IMG/VR virus record: IMGVR_UViG_3300025918_000012
Coordinates: 4,799-68,798 of that record
Direction: 5' to 3' (one strand)
Origin: a virus
Taxonomy: Duplodnaviria; Caudoviricetes
Length of the DNA: 64,000 nt
The notes under the pieces were generated by a model. It saw nothing but the letters and a program-made list of their open reading frames with translations, was not told where the DNA came from and searched no databases. Of the stretch, positions 46,764 to 55,314 are shown in pieces. A program made the translations under genes and the position numbers. Each line of letters opens with the position of its first letter. The stretch's first letter is position 1.

Positions 46764-48847
46764 GCCTGCGCGACCGCGTGTTGGAGGAGGTCGAGCAGCG
46801 GACGGGGTACCGCGTCGAGCGGGCCGAGCGTCTGGACTACTTGGAGGAGTCCGACGGCGAGCGCCGGATCTTGCAGCGCGAACTCGATCTCCTCGCCTAC
46901 ACCGCGCTCGACTACACCGGCTCCTCGCCGCAGGACTTGAAGGCGACCGAGCGGCGCAAGATGGTCCAGAAGTCCCGCGTCGTGTGGATGAAGGATCCGC
47001 AGGCCGGGGCCGCCATCGACCTGCTCAACGACTTCACGTTCGGCCGGGGGATCCCGAAGCCGAAGGCGCACGACGAACTCGTGCAGGAGGTCATCGACGA
47101 GTTCTGGGACGACCCCGACAACCAGCTTGCGCTGACGACGACCGAGGCGCAGATGGCGGTCGGCACCGACCTGAGCTTGCAGTCGAACCTGTTCTTCCTG
47201 ATCTACGACGACGGCGACGACGGCAAGGTCAAGCTCGGCGTCCTCAAGCACGACCGCGTGGAGCGCGTCGTGCGCGACCCGGACAACTGGATGCGGGTCC
47301 TCTACTACGTCTCCAAGGAGGAGCCGCCGGTCGAGGAGGACTACCTCAAGGGCGAGCAGAAGGCCCCGCCGCCGCAGGGCGTCATGCCGAGGACGATCTA
47401 CTACGAGCACTGGCGCAACGTCGAGCTTGCCATCGAGGAGGCCGACGAGGGCGGACGCGAACTGCCGAAGCTCTGCCCGGTGAGCCGTCTCGGCGACGGC
47501 CGGGTCTTCCACGTCGCGGTCAACAAGACGACCGAGATGGCGTTCGGGCACCCGACGATGGACCGCCTGCTGCGCTGGTACACGGCCTACAACAAGTTCA
47601 TGGACGCGCGGGTGGACATCATGGAGGCCGCCGCCGCGTTCGTGATGAAGCGCAAGGTCAAGGGCACCCCGTCGCAGCTTCGGAAGATGGCGACGCAGGC
47701 GCTCTCGCGCTCGGGCAGCTTCGGTACCGCGCACGACCCGGACGTCGCGGCCGGGCCGCGCCCGGCGAGCATCCTCGTCGAGAACGAGGGCGTCGAGCAC
47801 GAGGAGTTCGGGATCAAGACGAACTCGGCCGAGGCCACCGGCGACGGGCAGATGCTCCGCTCGATGATCTCGGCGGCGACGCGGTTCCCGCAGAGCTACT
47901 ACGGCGACGCGAGCAACTCGAACCTCGCCACGGCGACGTCGCTGGAACTGCCGGTGCTCAAGGCCGTGGAGTCCCGGCAGGAGATCTTCGAGCGCATCGT
48001 CCGCTACGCCATCGACCGCGCTATCGAGCGCGCGGTGGACGTGGGCCGCATCCCCACCGAGTTGACCGAGGAGGAGCGCGCGAAGCTCGCCGCGAAGGAT
48101 CCGGCGAACACCGGCGTCGCCGGACCGGACCCGAACGCGCAGCCGGGGCAGCCCGGCGCGCCGACCGTGCAGCCGGGGCAGCCGCCGCTGAACGGCGGGC
48201 CGCCGCCGTTGCAGTTGCAGATGGCGCACGAGGACGCGGCGCAGGACGAGGAGGACACCGAGCGCGACCTCGGCTACCAGTTCTCGATGCCGTCGCCGCT
48301 CAAGCGGATGCTGACGGACCTGATCGGCGCGGTCGCGAACGTCGCCAAGACCTTCGATCCGAACGGCACGAACGTCGAGTTGTCGCGGACGCTGCTCACC
48401 ATCGCGCTCGGCGAGGGCTTGGAGATGGAGGACCCGGCCCGCGAGGTCGAGCGCATCTTCCCGGAGGGCTACAAGGACCCGATGCAGCAGGCCATGATGC
48501 AGATGCAGCAGGCCCCGCCGCCGGGACAGGATCCCAACCAGCAGTCGCCGTTCGGCGAGTTCGGCGGGGCGACCGGCGCGGACGGCCAACAGCACCCGCC
48601 GGGCAACCCCTACGGCGCGCCGCTGCGCGCCCGGCCGCCGGAGTTGGCGATGCAGCAGGGGCGGTTCACGCTCTACGACCGGCACGGCGAACCGCTGTTG
48701 GAGGCCACGAGGTCACCGGCGGCCCGGCGTGCAACGCCGTCCGTCGCAAAGGTGAACGACAAGCGGCAGGCCGAGGTAGACGAAGCGTTCGAGGAGTTGT
48801 GGCGTGAGATCAGCACTCACGCCGTCACAACCAACGGACGGAGGTAG
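46760..48847 (+). CDS. phage portal protein
   Basis: DPQA.AAI.L..DF.FG.G...V..FW.D.DN; GD.S.SN.ATA..L..P....E..Q; size and position downstream of terL. Confidence 0.75.
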   Translation: MSLRDRVLEEVEQRTGYRVERAERLDYLEESDGERRILQRELDLLAYTALDYTGSSPQDLKATERRKMVQKSRVVWMKDPQAGAAIDLLNDFTFGRGIPKPKAHDELVQEVIDEFWDDPDNQLALTTTEAQMAVGTDLSLQSNLFFLIYDDGDDGKVKLGVLKHDRVERVVRDPDNWMRVLYYVSKEEPPVEEDYLKGEQKAPPPQGVMPRTIYYEHWRNVELAIEEADEGGRELPKLCPVSRLGDGRVFHVAVNKTTEMAFGHPTMDRLLRWYTAYNKFMDARVDIMEAAAAFVMKRKVKGTPSQLRKMATQALSRSGSFGTAHDPDVAAGPRPASILVENEGVEHEEFGIKTNSAEATGDGQMLRSMISAATRFPQSYYGDASNSNLATATSLELPVLKAVESRQEIFERIVRYAIDRAIERAVDVGRIPTELTEEERAKLAAKDPANTGVAGPDPNAQPGQPGAPTVQPGQPPLNGGPPPLQLQMAHEDAAQDEEDTERDLGYQFSMPSPLKRMLTDLIGAVANVAKTFDPNGTNVELSRTLLTIALGEGLEMEDPAREVERIFPEGYKDPMQQAMMQMQQAPPPGQDPNQQSPFGEFGGATGADGQQHPPGNPYGAPLRARPPELAMQQGRFTLYDRHGEPLLEATRSPAARRATPSVAKVNDKRQAEVDEAFEELWREISTHAVTTNGRR

Positions 48848-48853
48848 CACCAC

Positions 48854-49036
48854 ATGCGGTTCTCGGTCATCGGCTTCTTGGTCGGTGCGGTCTGCGCGAT
48901 CATCTTCTTCGTCGTCGCCACGGCGCTGATCGTCTTCAACCACTCCACTCTGATCTTCGCCCTGATCGCGTTCATCATCTGGGCGCTGCTCACGCTCAAC
49001 TGGCCGGACCGGCACCGGGGCACGACCATCACCTAG
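48854..49036 (+). CDS. small two-TM membrane protein
   Basis: Two hydrophobic helices; GGAGG RBS. Confidence 0.7.
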   Translation: MRFSVIGFLVGAVCAIIFFVVATALIVFNHSTLIFALIAFIIWALLTLNWPDRHRGTTIT

Positions 49037-49039
49037 CGA

Positions 49040-49088
49040 GGCGGGGTGCCCCCGGCGCTGCGGACGCCGGGGGCCTTGGCACCCCGCC
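49040..49088. terminator. bidirectional hairpin between convergent genes
   Basis: GGCGGGGTGCC CCCGGCG ... CGCCGGG ... GGCACCCCGCC. Confidence 0.65.
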
Positions 49089-49091
49089 AAG

Positions 49092-50831
49092 CTAGGCGGC
49101 GCGGAGGCGCTGTCCGAACGCCGCCGTGCGCGCCGCGTACCGGAACAGGCTCGTGCTGTTCTCGGGGATCTGCGAGAGCGCCGGGAGCCTGCGCTCGTCC
49201 TCGCTGACCTTGATCCGCGCCGCCGGGCCGACCGCGAACAACTGGTCGGTGGACTCGCCGTAGGACATCGCGAGCGTCCGGCCGCTGCCGGTCCCGAGAC
49301 TGACCGGGATCTCCTCGTAGCCCTCGAACACCGCGCGGCGGCGCTGGAAGCCGGTGCAGACGATCACCGCGTCGTACGGCTCCTCGTTGACGTACACCGA
49401 GTCGTAGCCGGGCGCGACGGACACCGCCCGCTCGCGCGCGATCACGCGCGCCGGGGTCTGCCGGTTGGGCGGGAGGTTCCCGTTCTCGAACAGGCGACCG
49501 AGGCCCTTGTAGCGGGACCGGTTGCAGTTCTCCCACCCCTGCCGGGTGACGTTGACGGTGCCGATCTTGTCCGCGAGGCCGAACCAGTCGATCTGCTCGG
49601 GGAAGTCGATGCTTGCGACCGACCAGCCGGTGCCCGGTCCCTGCCCGGTGAGCGCCTCCACCGTCGTGTTGCCGCTGTCGCCCGCGCCGATCACCGCGAC
49701 GCGGTTCATGCCGCGCAGCGGGAACGGCTGGTCGAACAGGCCCATGAACGTCTCGAAGTCCATGTAGCGCGGATCCTCGAACGACAGGCGCTTCGGCTCG
49801 CCGAGACCGGTGGCGTTGACGACCCGCTTCGCGAAGAAGCTGCCGTTGCTGGTGGTCACCGCGTAGCCCTCCCCGGCCTCGCCGCGCGCGCGGACGACGG
49901 TCTCGACCATGCGGTCGGGCACGACCTTCGCGTACATCGCGAGGGTCAGCCGGATCGCCAACGCGAGGTCCGCGTTGGACTGGTACTCGTCGCCGGAGAT
50001 GTCCGACGGCTGCAACGGCGCGCCGGGCACCACGTTCAGCGCGCCCGGCATCCCCGGCAGCGCGAGACGACCGGGCCGGTTGCGGCTGTTGAGGAAGAAC
50101 GCCGCCCCCTTCGTCATGGCGAACGCGCCGCCGACGCGCGGCGACTGCTCGATCACGACCGGCCTCGGGTGCCCGGCCGCCACGCGCGCTGCGCAGTAGA
50201 TCGCCGCGTGCAGCCCGCTGCCGATGACGACCTCGCCCTGCGGGCCGAGCGACCCGTCGCGGTTCTTCACCCACATGCCGTCGAGGCGCTCCTCGAAGTG
50301 CTGGCGCGCCGGAGCGTGGACCGCGATCCCCGCGAACATCGCGGTCAGCGGCGACTCGAAGTCGCTCACGCGGTCCATCATCAGCGTCATGCCCTCGGCC
50401 ATGCCGTCGTCGGTGCGGATCTCGCGCACGATGGCGCGCACCGGCGCGGGCACGTCGCCCATCAGCGCGTCGATCTCCTTCTGCTTCGGCTTCTTCGGCG
50501 CGGGCCGTCCGATGGCGAACGCCGGGCGCGCGTTGATCGGCAGGATGTAGCTCTCGACGCCGAGGTCAGGTGGCTGCGCGGTCTTGATCTCCGTGATCGT
50601 GCCGATGGCGTCGTCGCGCTTGAGCAGCCGCACGCGCCGCTGCGAGGACGTGTAGTCCTCGTCGGCCGGAGCGGTGCCGCTCAAGGGCCGCAAGATCACG
50701 CGCTCGCCGTCCTCGCCGGTCACGCGCGCCTTGAAGGTGCCGAAGCGCTCGGATCCGGTGATCTCAACCACGTCGTCGCGCCGCAGGCGCGTCCCGTCGC
50801 GGTCGAACAGGTTCAATGCTTCACCTGCCAT
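49092..50831 (-). CDS. FAD/NAD(P)-dependent oxidoreductase (FMO/pyridine-nucleotide-like) with an extra N-terminal domain
   Basis: VVIGSGLHA; VIEQ..RVGG.F; NATG; VAVIGAGDSG; VIVCTGF; LFAVG. Confidence 0.75.
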   Translation of the reverse strand: MAGEALNLFDRDGTRLRRDDVVEITGSERFGTFKARVTGEDGERVILRPLSGTAPADEDYTSSQRRVRLLKRDDAIGTITEIKTAQPPDLGVESYILPINARPAFAIGRPAPKKPKQKEIDALMGDVPAPVRAIVREIRTDDGMAEGMTLMMDRVSDFESPLTAMFAGIAVHAPARQHFEERLDGMWVKNRDGSLGPQGEVVIGSGLHAAIYCAARVAAGHPRPVVIEQSPRVGGAFAMTKGAAFFLNSRNRPGRLALPGMPGALNVVPGAPLQPSDISGDEYQSNADLALAIRLTLAMYAKVVPDRMVETVVRARGEAGEGYAVTTSNGSFFAKRVVNATGLGEPKRLSFEDPRYMDFETFMGLFDQPFPLRGMNRVAVIGAGDSGNTTVEALTGQGPGTGWSVASIDFPEQIDWFGLADKIGTVNVTRQGWENCNRSRYKGLGRLFENGNLPPNRQTPARVIARERAVSVAPGYDSVYVNEEPYDAVIVCTGFQRRRAVFEGYEEIPVSLGTGSGRTLAMSYGESTDQLFAVGPAARIKVSEDERRLPALSQIPENSTSLFRYAARTAAFGQRLRAA

Positions 50832-51015
50832 ATGTGCCTCCTTCCCGCCGCATCACCGGCGGGTCTTGGTCGGGGTGTCGCGGCACCGTAGCAGCGCTCA
50901 CACGACCCTGCAACTTTGTGGACGTCGTGCTTGAATCTCGTGCGCGACCTGCTAACATCGTGGACGTTCCTGCCGATAACAGGAGCGGAGTTCCTTCCCG
51001 ACCAAGGAGATCGAA

Positions 51016-51285
51016 GTGACCACCACCAAGAGGCAGCGGCTCGACCGCATCGCCGCCGGTTCGTTCGTCCGGCTCAACTTCAACAACCGCTACGAGGAGA
51101 AGGCCGTGTTCCTCGGCGTCGAGGGCACCGGCGACAAGCGCCGCGCGAAGTTCCTCAGCACGACGGACCCCGGCAAGGGCATCGGCGGCAAGGGCTACTA
51201 CGAGTGGGAGGCGTACCGCTACAACGGCGGCTGGGCCTTCGGCTCCTCGGCCGAGCGCCTGATCCTCGACGAGGTTCTCGCGTGA
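51016..51285 (+). CDS. hypothetical protein
   Basis: TTGAAT-N16-TAACAT promoter and CCGACCAAGGAG RBS. Confidence 0.65.
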   Translation: MTTTKRQRLDRIAAGSFVRLNFNNRYEEKAVFLGVEGTGDKRRAKFLSTTDPGKGIGGKGYYEWEAYRYNGGWAFGSSAERLILDEVLA

Positions 51286-51458
51286 CGGGCCTGCCGCAGC
51301 CCGGCGAGACGTTCCGGTCCTGCCGGGCGACCTTCACCGTGCTGGTGTCGCCGCTCGGGCTGTTCAAGTGCGTGAGCGACGTGCCGAACGCGATCCCGTT
51401 CGAGGTCACGCGCAAGGCGGCGGCCCGGTACTTCGCGGCCGGGGACTGGTCGCGATGA
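51282..51458 (+). CDS. small hypothetical protein
   Basis: GTGA coupling. Confidence 0.5.
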   Translation: MTGLPQPGETFRSCRATFTVLVSPLGLFKCVSDVPNAIPFEVTRKAAARYFAAGDWSR

Positions 51459-51712
51459 CGCTCCGCGAGCGCTACGAGGCGGGGGCGACCGTCGAGAGCC
51501 TGTCGCTGGACGAGGGCATCTCGACCACGAAGATCCGCCGCCTGCTCCGCGACGAGGGCACCGCCATGCGGCAGCCCGGCGGGCGGGTCGGCACCGTGCA
51601 GCGCGACACGCGCCTGCGCGACGGCATCCGGGGGCGCAAGGAGTCCCCGGCACGAGGCCGCGTCTCGAACGCGGCGAAGCGGAACGGCAAGCGGAGGAGA
51701 GCGAAGTGGTGA
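51455..51712 (+). CDS. actinophage-type HTH protein
   Basis: YEAGAT...L....G.S...IRR.L..EG...R..G. Confidence 0.7.
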   Translation: MTLRERYEAGATVESLSLDEGISTTKIRRLLRDEGTAMRQPGGRVGTVQRDTRLRDGIRGRKESPARGRVSNAAKRNGKRRRAKW

Positions 51713-51978
51713 ACCCGGCCGAGAGGATGCACATGCCGGACGAGTCGTACACGCAGCGCGCCCTGACGGTCGCGCAGCGGTCGCTGTTGGAGCAGATCGT
51801 CAACCGCCACCGGCGCAACCTGCCGCCGGTCGTCGTGCGCGGCACCCGGCTGAACTCGGCGCGCGCGCTCGAACGACGCGGGCTGGTCACCGTCCAGATC
51901 GGCGGGACCTCCGGCGCGGCGTGGACGGGCCGCTGGTGGTACGAGGCGGTCCCGACCGAGAAGGGCCTCGACGCATGA
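51709..51978 (+). CDS. winged-helix-like hypothetical protein
   Basis: ALERRGLV...PT.KG. Confidence 0.5.
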   Translation: MNPAERMHMPDESYTQRALTVAQRSLLEQIVNRHRRNLPPVVVRGTRLNSARALERRGLVTVQIGGTSGAAWTGRWWYEAVPTEKGLDA

Positions 51979-52604
51979 GGATGAACAAGGCGCAGCCGTT
52001 CATGGACGTGGAGGCCGACGACGGGAGCGCTCCGACGTTCTCGGAGAAGTTCCTCTACGAGACGGTCGGCAAGGGCGACGCCCGCTTCATCCTCGGCGTC
52101 GCCGAGGAGTACGACCACGTGATCCGCGCGCTCGGCCCGGCGGCCGTCAAGGCGATCTTGCAGGTCAAGCCTGCGCTCGCGGTGCGCCTCGGCGTCGGTG
52201 AGCAGGTCACGAAGTCCCTCGAAGATGCCCGCTCCGACGAGGATCTGTGGCGCGAGGGTCGGATCCCCGCGCAGGTGATCCTCGACCACGACGCGGCGCA
52301 CGCGATCTGGCAAGTTCTCCACGACGAGTACAGCCGGTTCTTCGACGTCTCCTCGATGGACAAGGACCACCTGCGCGCCTACCGCGCGCTTACCGAGGGC
52401 CTCGGCGAGTGGGAGCAGGACGCCATGCGCAAGGCCGACGAGGAGCGCCCGGCGATGACCGAGCGCCACAAGCCGTTGCAGGAGGCGCGCATCGAGCGCA
52501 AGCGCCGCGTGCGCGAGGCGAAGCAGGCGATGCGCGCGGCGCTCGACAACGGCGGTGACCTCGCCGCCGCGACGCGGGAGTACCTCGCCGCGCTCGACCG
52601 CTGA
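51975..52604 (+). CDS. hypothetical protein
   Basis: ATGA coupling; coding-like. Confidence 0.6.
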   Translation: MRMNKAQPFMDVEADDGSAPTFSEKFLYETVGKGDARFILGVAEEYDHVIRALGPAAVKAILQVKPALAVRLGVGEQVTKSLEDARSDEDLWREGRIPAQVILDHDAAHAIWQVLHDEYSRFFDVSSMDKDHLRAYRALTEGLGEWEQDAMRKADEERPAMTERHKPLQEARIERKRRVREAKQAMRAALDNGGDLAAATREYLAALDR

Positions 52605-53022
52605 GTCAGTTCCCAACCTGACGAGTGGCCGCGCGCCGAGAAGGATGGCGGCGGGCCGTCGGGTTCTGCTACGAGTGTGGGTCGGGGAGCAGTTGAGGGA
52701 AGCCCCCCGACCCGCTGTTACGTGCCGCGCCCGAGCCGGAAGGACCAAGAGCGACCGGGGCGCAGCGCCGCAAACTCTCCCACGACCGCGCCGAGAGTGG
52801 CAACTTCGTGGTCATGTTGGCGTCGGAAACCGAACATCGTCAAACAGGGTTGCGGCCGTCCGGTCGATTCGCTACCTTCTCGTGCAGTCCATGATGTTGC
52901 ACGCCTCCTACCGTTGGACCCGACCCGCCCTCGATCCGAGGATGTCGCTGGTCTGCGCGAGCGTGCGGTTCATCGGACGCAAGCCGAACCAGGGCGAGAC
53001 GGGCACGTAGCGGGGGATTCAC

Positions 53023-54165
53023 ATGACCTCCCCCGCGACCAAGGCTCGCGGGGGACCGAAGGTCAGGTGGACCCGCGACAAGATCATCGAGGCGCTGCGG
53101 CGTTACGCCGCGCTGTACGGCCCGGACTTCACGGCTGCCGCTTTCTCGCCGTCCACGGCGAAGTGGCGGGACGAGCCGGAGATGGCCGAGCGGTACTTCG
53201 CTGGCGACCCGGAGACGGGTGCGGCGTGGCCGTCTCTGAACGCGATCAAGACCCCGTTCGACGGCTCGTTCAACGCGGCTCGTGTGGCCGCCGGGCTTCC
53301 GGCTAACCGGCCGGGTCCGGCGAAGACGAAGCGGCCGGACGGCGCGCACGCGCCGGTCCGCGATGTCCGCCATGTCACGCGCACGGTGTACGTGGAGACC
53401 GAGGGCGTCAAGTCCAAGCGCGACCTCGCGCGGGCGCGGGCAAAGATCGAGCGCCTCACCGAGAAGGTGCAGGAGCTTGAGGACAAGCTGACCAAGACGA
53501 AGGAGGGTGCCAAGGCCAAGACCATCACGAAGACCAAGACCTCGACGAAGGTCGTGCGCGAGCGCGTGCCGGACAAGGCCGCCGAGCGCCGGGCCGACCG
53601 TGCCGAGCAGTCCCTTGCGCGTCTGCGTGAGGAGCTTGCCGCCGCGCGGGAGGACGCGCGCAAGGCCAAGTCCGACGCGACGCGCTTCGCGGCGCATCGC
53701 GAGCGGTCGGAGGCGAAGGTCCACGAGCTTCGTGAGGAGCGTCGGGACCTTCGCACCGCCGCCGACGAGGCGCGCGCGGACGCGCAGCGGGCCGAGGATC
53801 GCGCTGTGGCCGCCGAGCGGGAGCGTGATGAACTGGCGGATCGTGAGCCGGTCGTCATCCGTGAGGCGTCCCCGGAGCAGGCGGTCCTGACCGAGGCCAA
53901 GCGGGCGCGGCGTTCTGCGGAGCTTCGCGCGGCGCGGGCCGAGCGCGAGCTTCTCGACACGGTGTCCGCTGTCACCGGCGAGCGCCGGAAGCTGTCGAAG
54001 GCCGAGTTGAACGACCTGCGCAAGCGCGGTCCGGCCGGTGAGGCGCTCGTGCTGCGGGCGCTGGCCGACCTGTCGAAGGCGAAGAAGACCAACAACCGGG
54101 TCGCGATGGACGCGGCGCTCTACGCGCTGGCGTCGGCGGCCGTGTCGTGGAAGGAGCGGCTGTGA
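53023..54165 (+). CDS. homing-endonuclease-associated repeat domain plus long coiled coil
   Basis: WTR..II.AL..Y...YG...WPS...I...F.GSFN.A..AAG; long E/R/A heptads. Confidence 0.65.
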   Translation: MTSPATKARGGPKVRWTRDKIIEALRRYAALYGPDFTAAAFSPSTAKWRDEPEMAERYFAGDPETGAAWPSLNAIKTPFDGSFNAARVAAGLPANRPGPAKTKRPDGAHAPVRDVRHVTRTVYVETEGVKSKRDLARARAKIERLTEKVQELEDKLTKTKEGAKAKTITKTKTSTKVVRERVPDKAAERRADRAEQSLARLREELAAAREDARKAKSDATRFAAHRERSEAKVHELREERRDLRTAADEARADAQRAEDRAVAAERERDELADREPVVIREASPEQAVLTEAKRARRSAELRAARAERELLDTVSAVTGERRKLSKAELNDLRKRGPAGEALVLRALADLSKAKKTNNRVAMDAALYALASAAVSWKERL

Positions 54166-54581
54166 GGGACCTCCTCGCAGAGTGGCTCCGCGACGACGCA
54201 GGGACCCCGCTCGGGTTCGGCCCGAGCGGGTCTCCCTTGCGCGTGGACGGGGACACGCACAGGCAGGGATGGATGCGGGTGCTGCGGCGCGATCCGTGCG
54301 CGTTCTGCGATCTCATGCCCGGCGAGGCGCTGTGCTCTCTCACGCCGTCACCGGTCGGCTCGGTGGACCACATCGACCCGAAGTCCTCGCCGAAGGACGC
54401 GCCGGTGCGCGGGCCGGGCGGCGCGCACTCGTGGACGAACTACGCCGGGGTGTGCGACCGCTGCAACTCGAAGAAGGGCGACAAGTCGCTGCTCGCGTTC
54501 ATGGCGGGACGGCGCGGTGTCGTGATGCTCCCGAAGCGGCGCAGGCCCCGGAAGCAGGAGGAGTTCGAGCGCGCCGCGTAG
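54162..54581 (+). CDS. HNH endonuclease
   Basis: CAFC...SVDHI.PK...GG...W.N....C..CN.KKG.K. Confidence 0.85.
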   Translation: MRDLLAEWLRDDAGTPLGFGPSGSPLRVDGDTHRQGWMRVLRRDPCAFCDLMPGEALCSLTPSPVGSVDHIDPKSSPKDAPVRGPGGAHSWTNYAGVCDRCNSKKGDKSLLAFMAGRRGVVMLPKRRRPRKQEEFERAA

Positions 54582-54597
54582 CGGTATGCTGCGCGGC

Positions 54598-54738
54598 GCA
54601 GGAGCGAGGACCGAAGCGAATCGGTTCTCTTAGACCAATGGTCACGAGTTCGAGTCTCGTCTGCCCTTCGGGGCGGTAGCTCAGTTGGTAGAGCAGTGGT
54701 TCCCACGCTCCGACCGCGACTCCTTGTCCCGCTCCTGC
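54598..54738 (+). ncRNA. yrlA: Y RNA 1 (YrlA-type, circularly permuted tRNA-like domain)
   Basis: GGAGCG-AGGACCGAAG ... T-arm ACGAG TTCGAGT CTCGT, acceptor CTGCCC TTCG GGGCGG, D-arm TAGCTCAGTTGGTAGAGC ... CCTTGTCC-CGCTCC. Confidence 0.85.
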
Positions 54739-54740
54739 TA

Positions 54741-54833
54741 TCGAACTTCGGACAGGACCGAAGTGCGGCCGGTTCTCACCTGATAAGTGAACCCAAGCTC
54801 CGGTCGTCGTCACCTTGTCCGTCCGGGGTTCGA
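54741..54833 (+). ncRNA. Y RNA 2 (short, no tRNA-like domain)
   Basis: TCGAACTTCGGAC-AGGACCGAAG ... CACCTTGTCC-GTCCGGGGTTCGA terminal stem. Confidence 0.75.
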
Positions 54834-54846
54834 TAGCATCGTGGAC

Positions 54847-54998
54847 GCGACGAGGACCGAAGGAGCCAGTCGGTTTTCATTGGGATAGAGCGGCGGGGGC
54901 GACCCCGCAGGTGGCCGGTTCGAGTCCGGCCAGTCCTTCCAGCAGGAGGGGCTGTAGCGCCGAAAGGCAAGCCGATCTCCACCACCTTGTCCCGTCGC
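54847..54998 (+). ncRNA. yrlA: Y RNA 3 (YrlA-type, with long variable-arm-like hairpin)
   Basis: GCGACG-AGGACCGAAG ... GCGGGG GCGA CCCCGC, T-arm GCCGG TTCGAGT CCGGC, CAGTCCT-TCCA...GGGGCTG, D-like arm ... CCTTGTCC-CGTCGC. Confidence 0.82.
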
Positions 54999-55143
54999 AC
55001 ATGGCCTTACTTTTCTCGGCGCGGCGCGTCTCTTGTAGATCGGGGGCGCGTCGTGTTTGTCGTCGGTTGCGCGGCGCGCTCCCCGCTCTTTCCGCAGAAT
55101 CGTGGACGCCTTTCCGTCCGAGCGCGGTGTAACATCGTGGGCG

Positions 55144-55286
55144 TCGCCGGGAGGACCGAAGCGACGTTCGTTATCCCTACGGAGGGCGAGTACGCGGGTT
55201 CGAGTCCCGCCCCCGCACCACGGTGCGGGGTGGCCGAGCGGTTAGGCGCGCAAACGGCGGACGTGCAACCCCTTGTCCCCCGGCGA
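55144..55286 (+). ncRNA. yrlA: Y RNA 4 (YrlA-type)
   Basis: TCGCCGGG-AGGACCGAAG ... GCGGG TTCGAGT CCCGC, CCCCGCAC CACG GTGCGGGG, TGGCCGAGCGGTTAGGC ... CCTTGTCC-CCCGGCGA; TAACAT at 55130. Confidence 0.85.
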
Positions 55287-55314
55287 TTCCCATGCCCGCA
55301 AACAGGAGGCGCTC

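Noticed and set aside
14113-54581. HNH genes as group I intron or intein ORFs
   Set aside because: They lie between genes rather than interrupting terL, ligase or other host-like genes, and no intron core or intein motifs were recognised.
54598-55286. Y-RNA units as ordinary tRNA genes or a CRISPR array
   Set aside because: Arm order is permuted (T before D), acceptor ends are joined by loops, and the shared motifs are short paired ends around structured non-spacer interiors.
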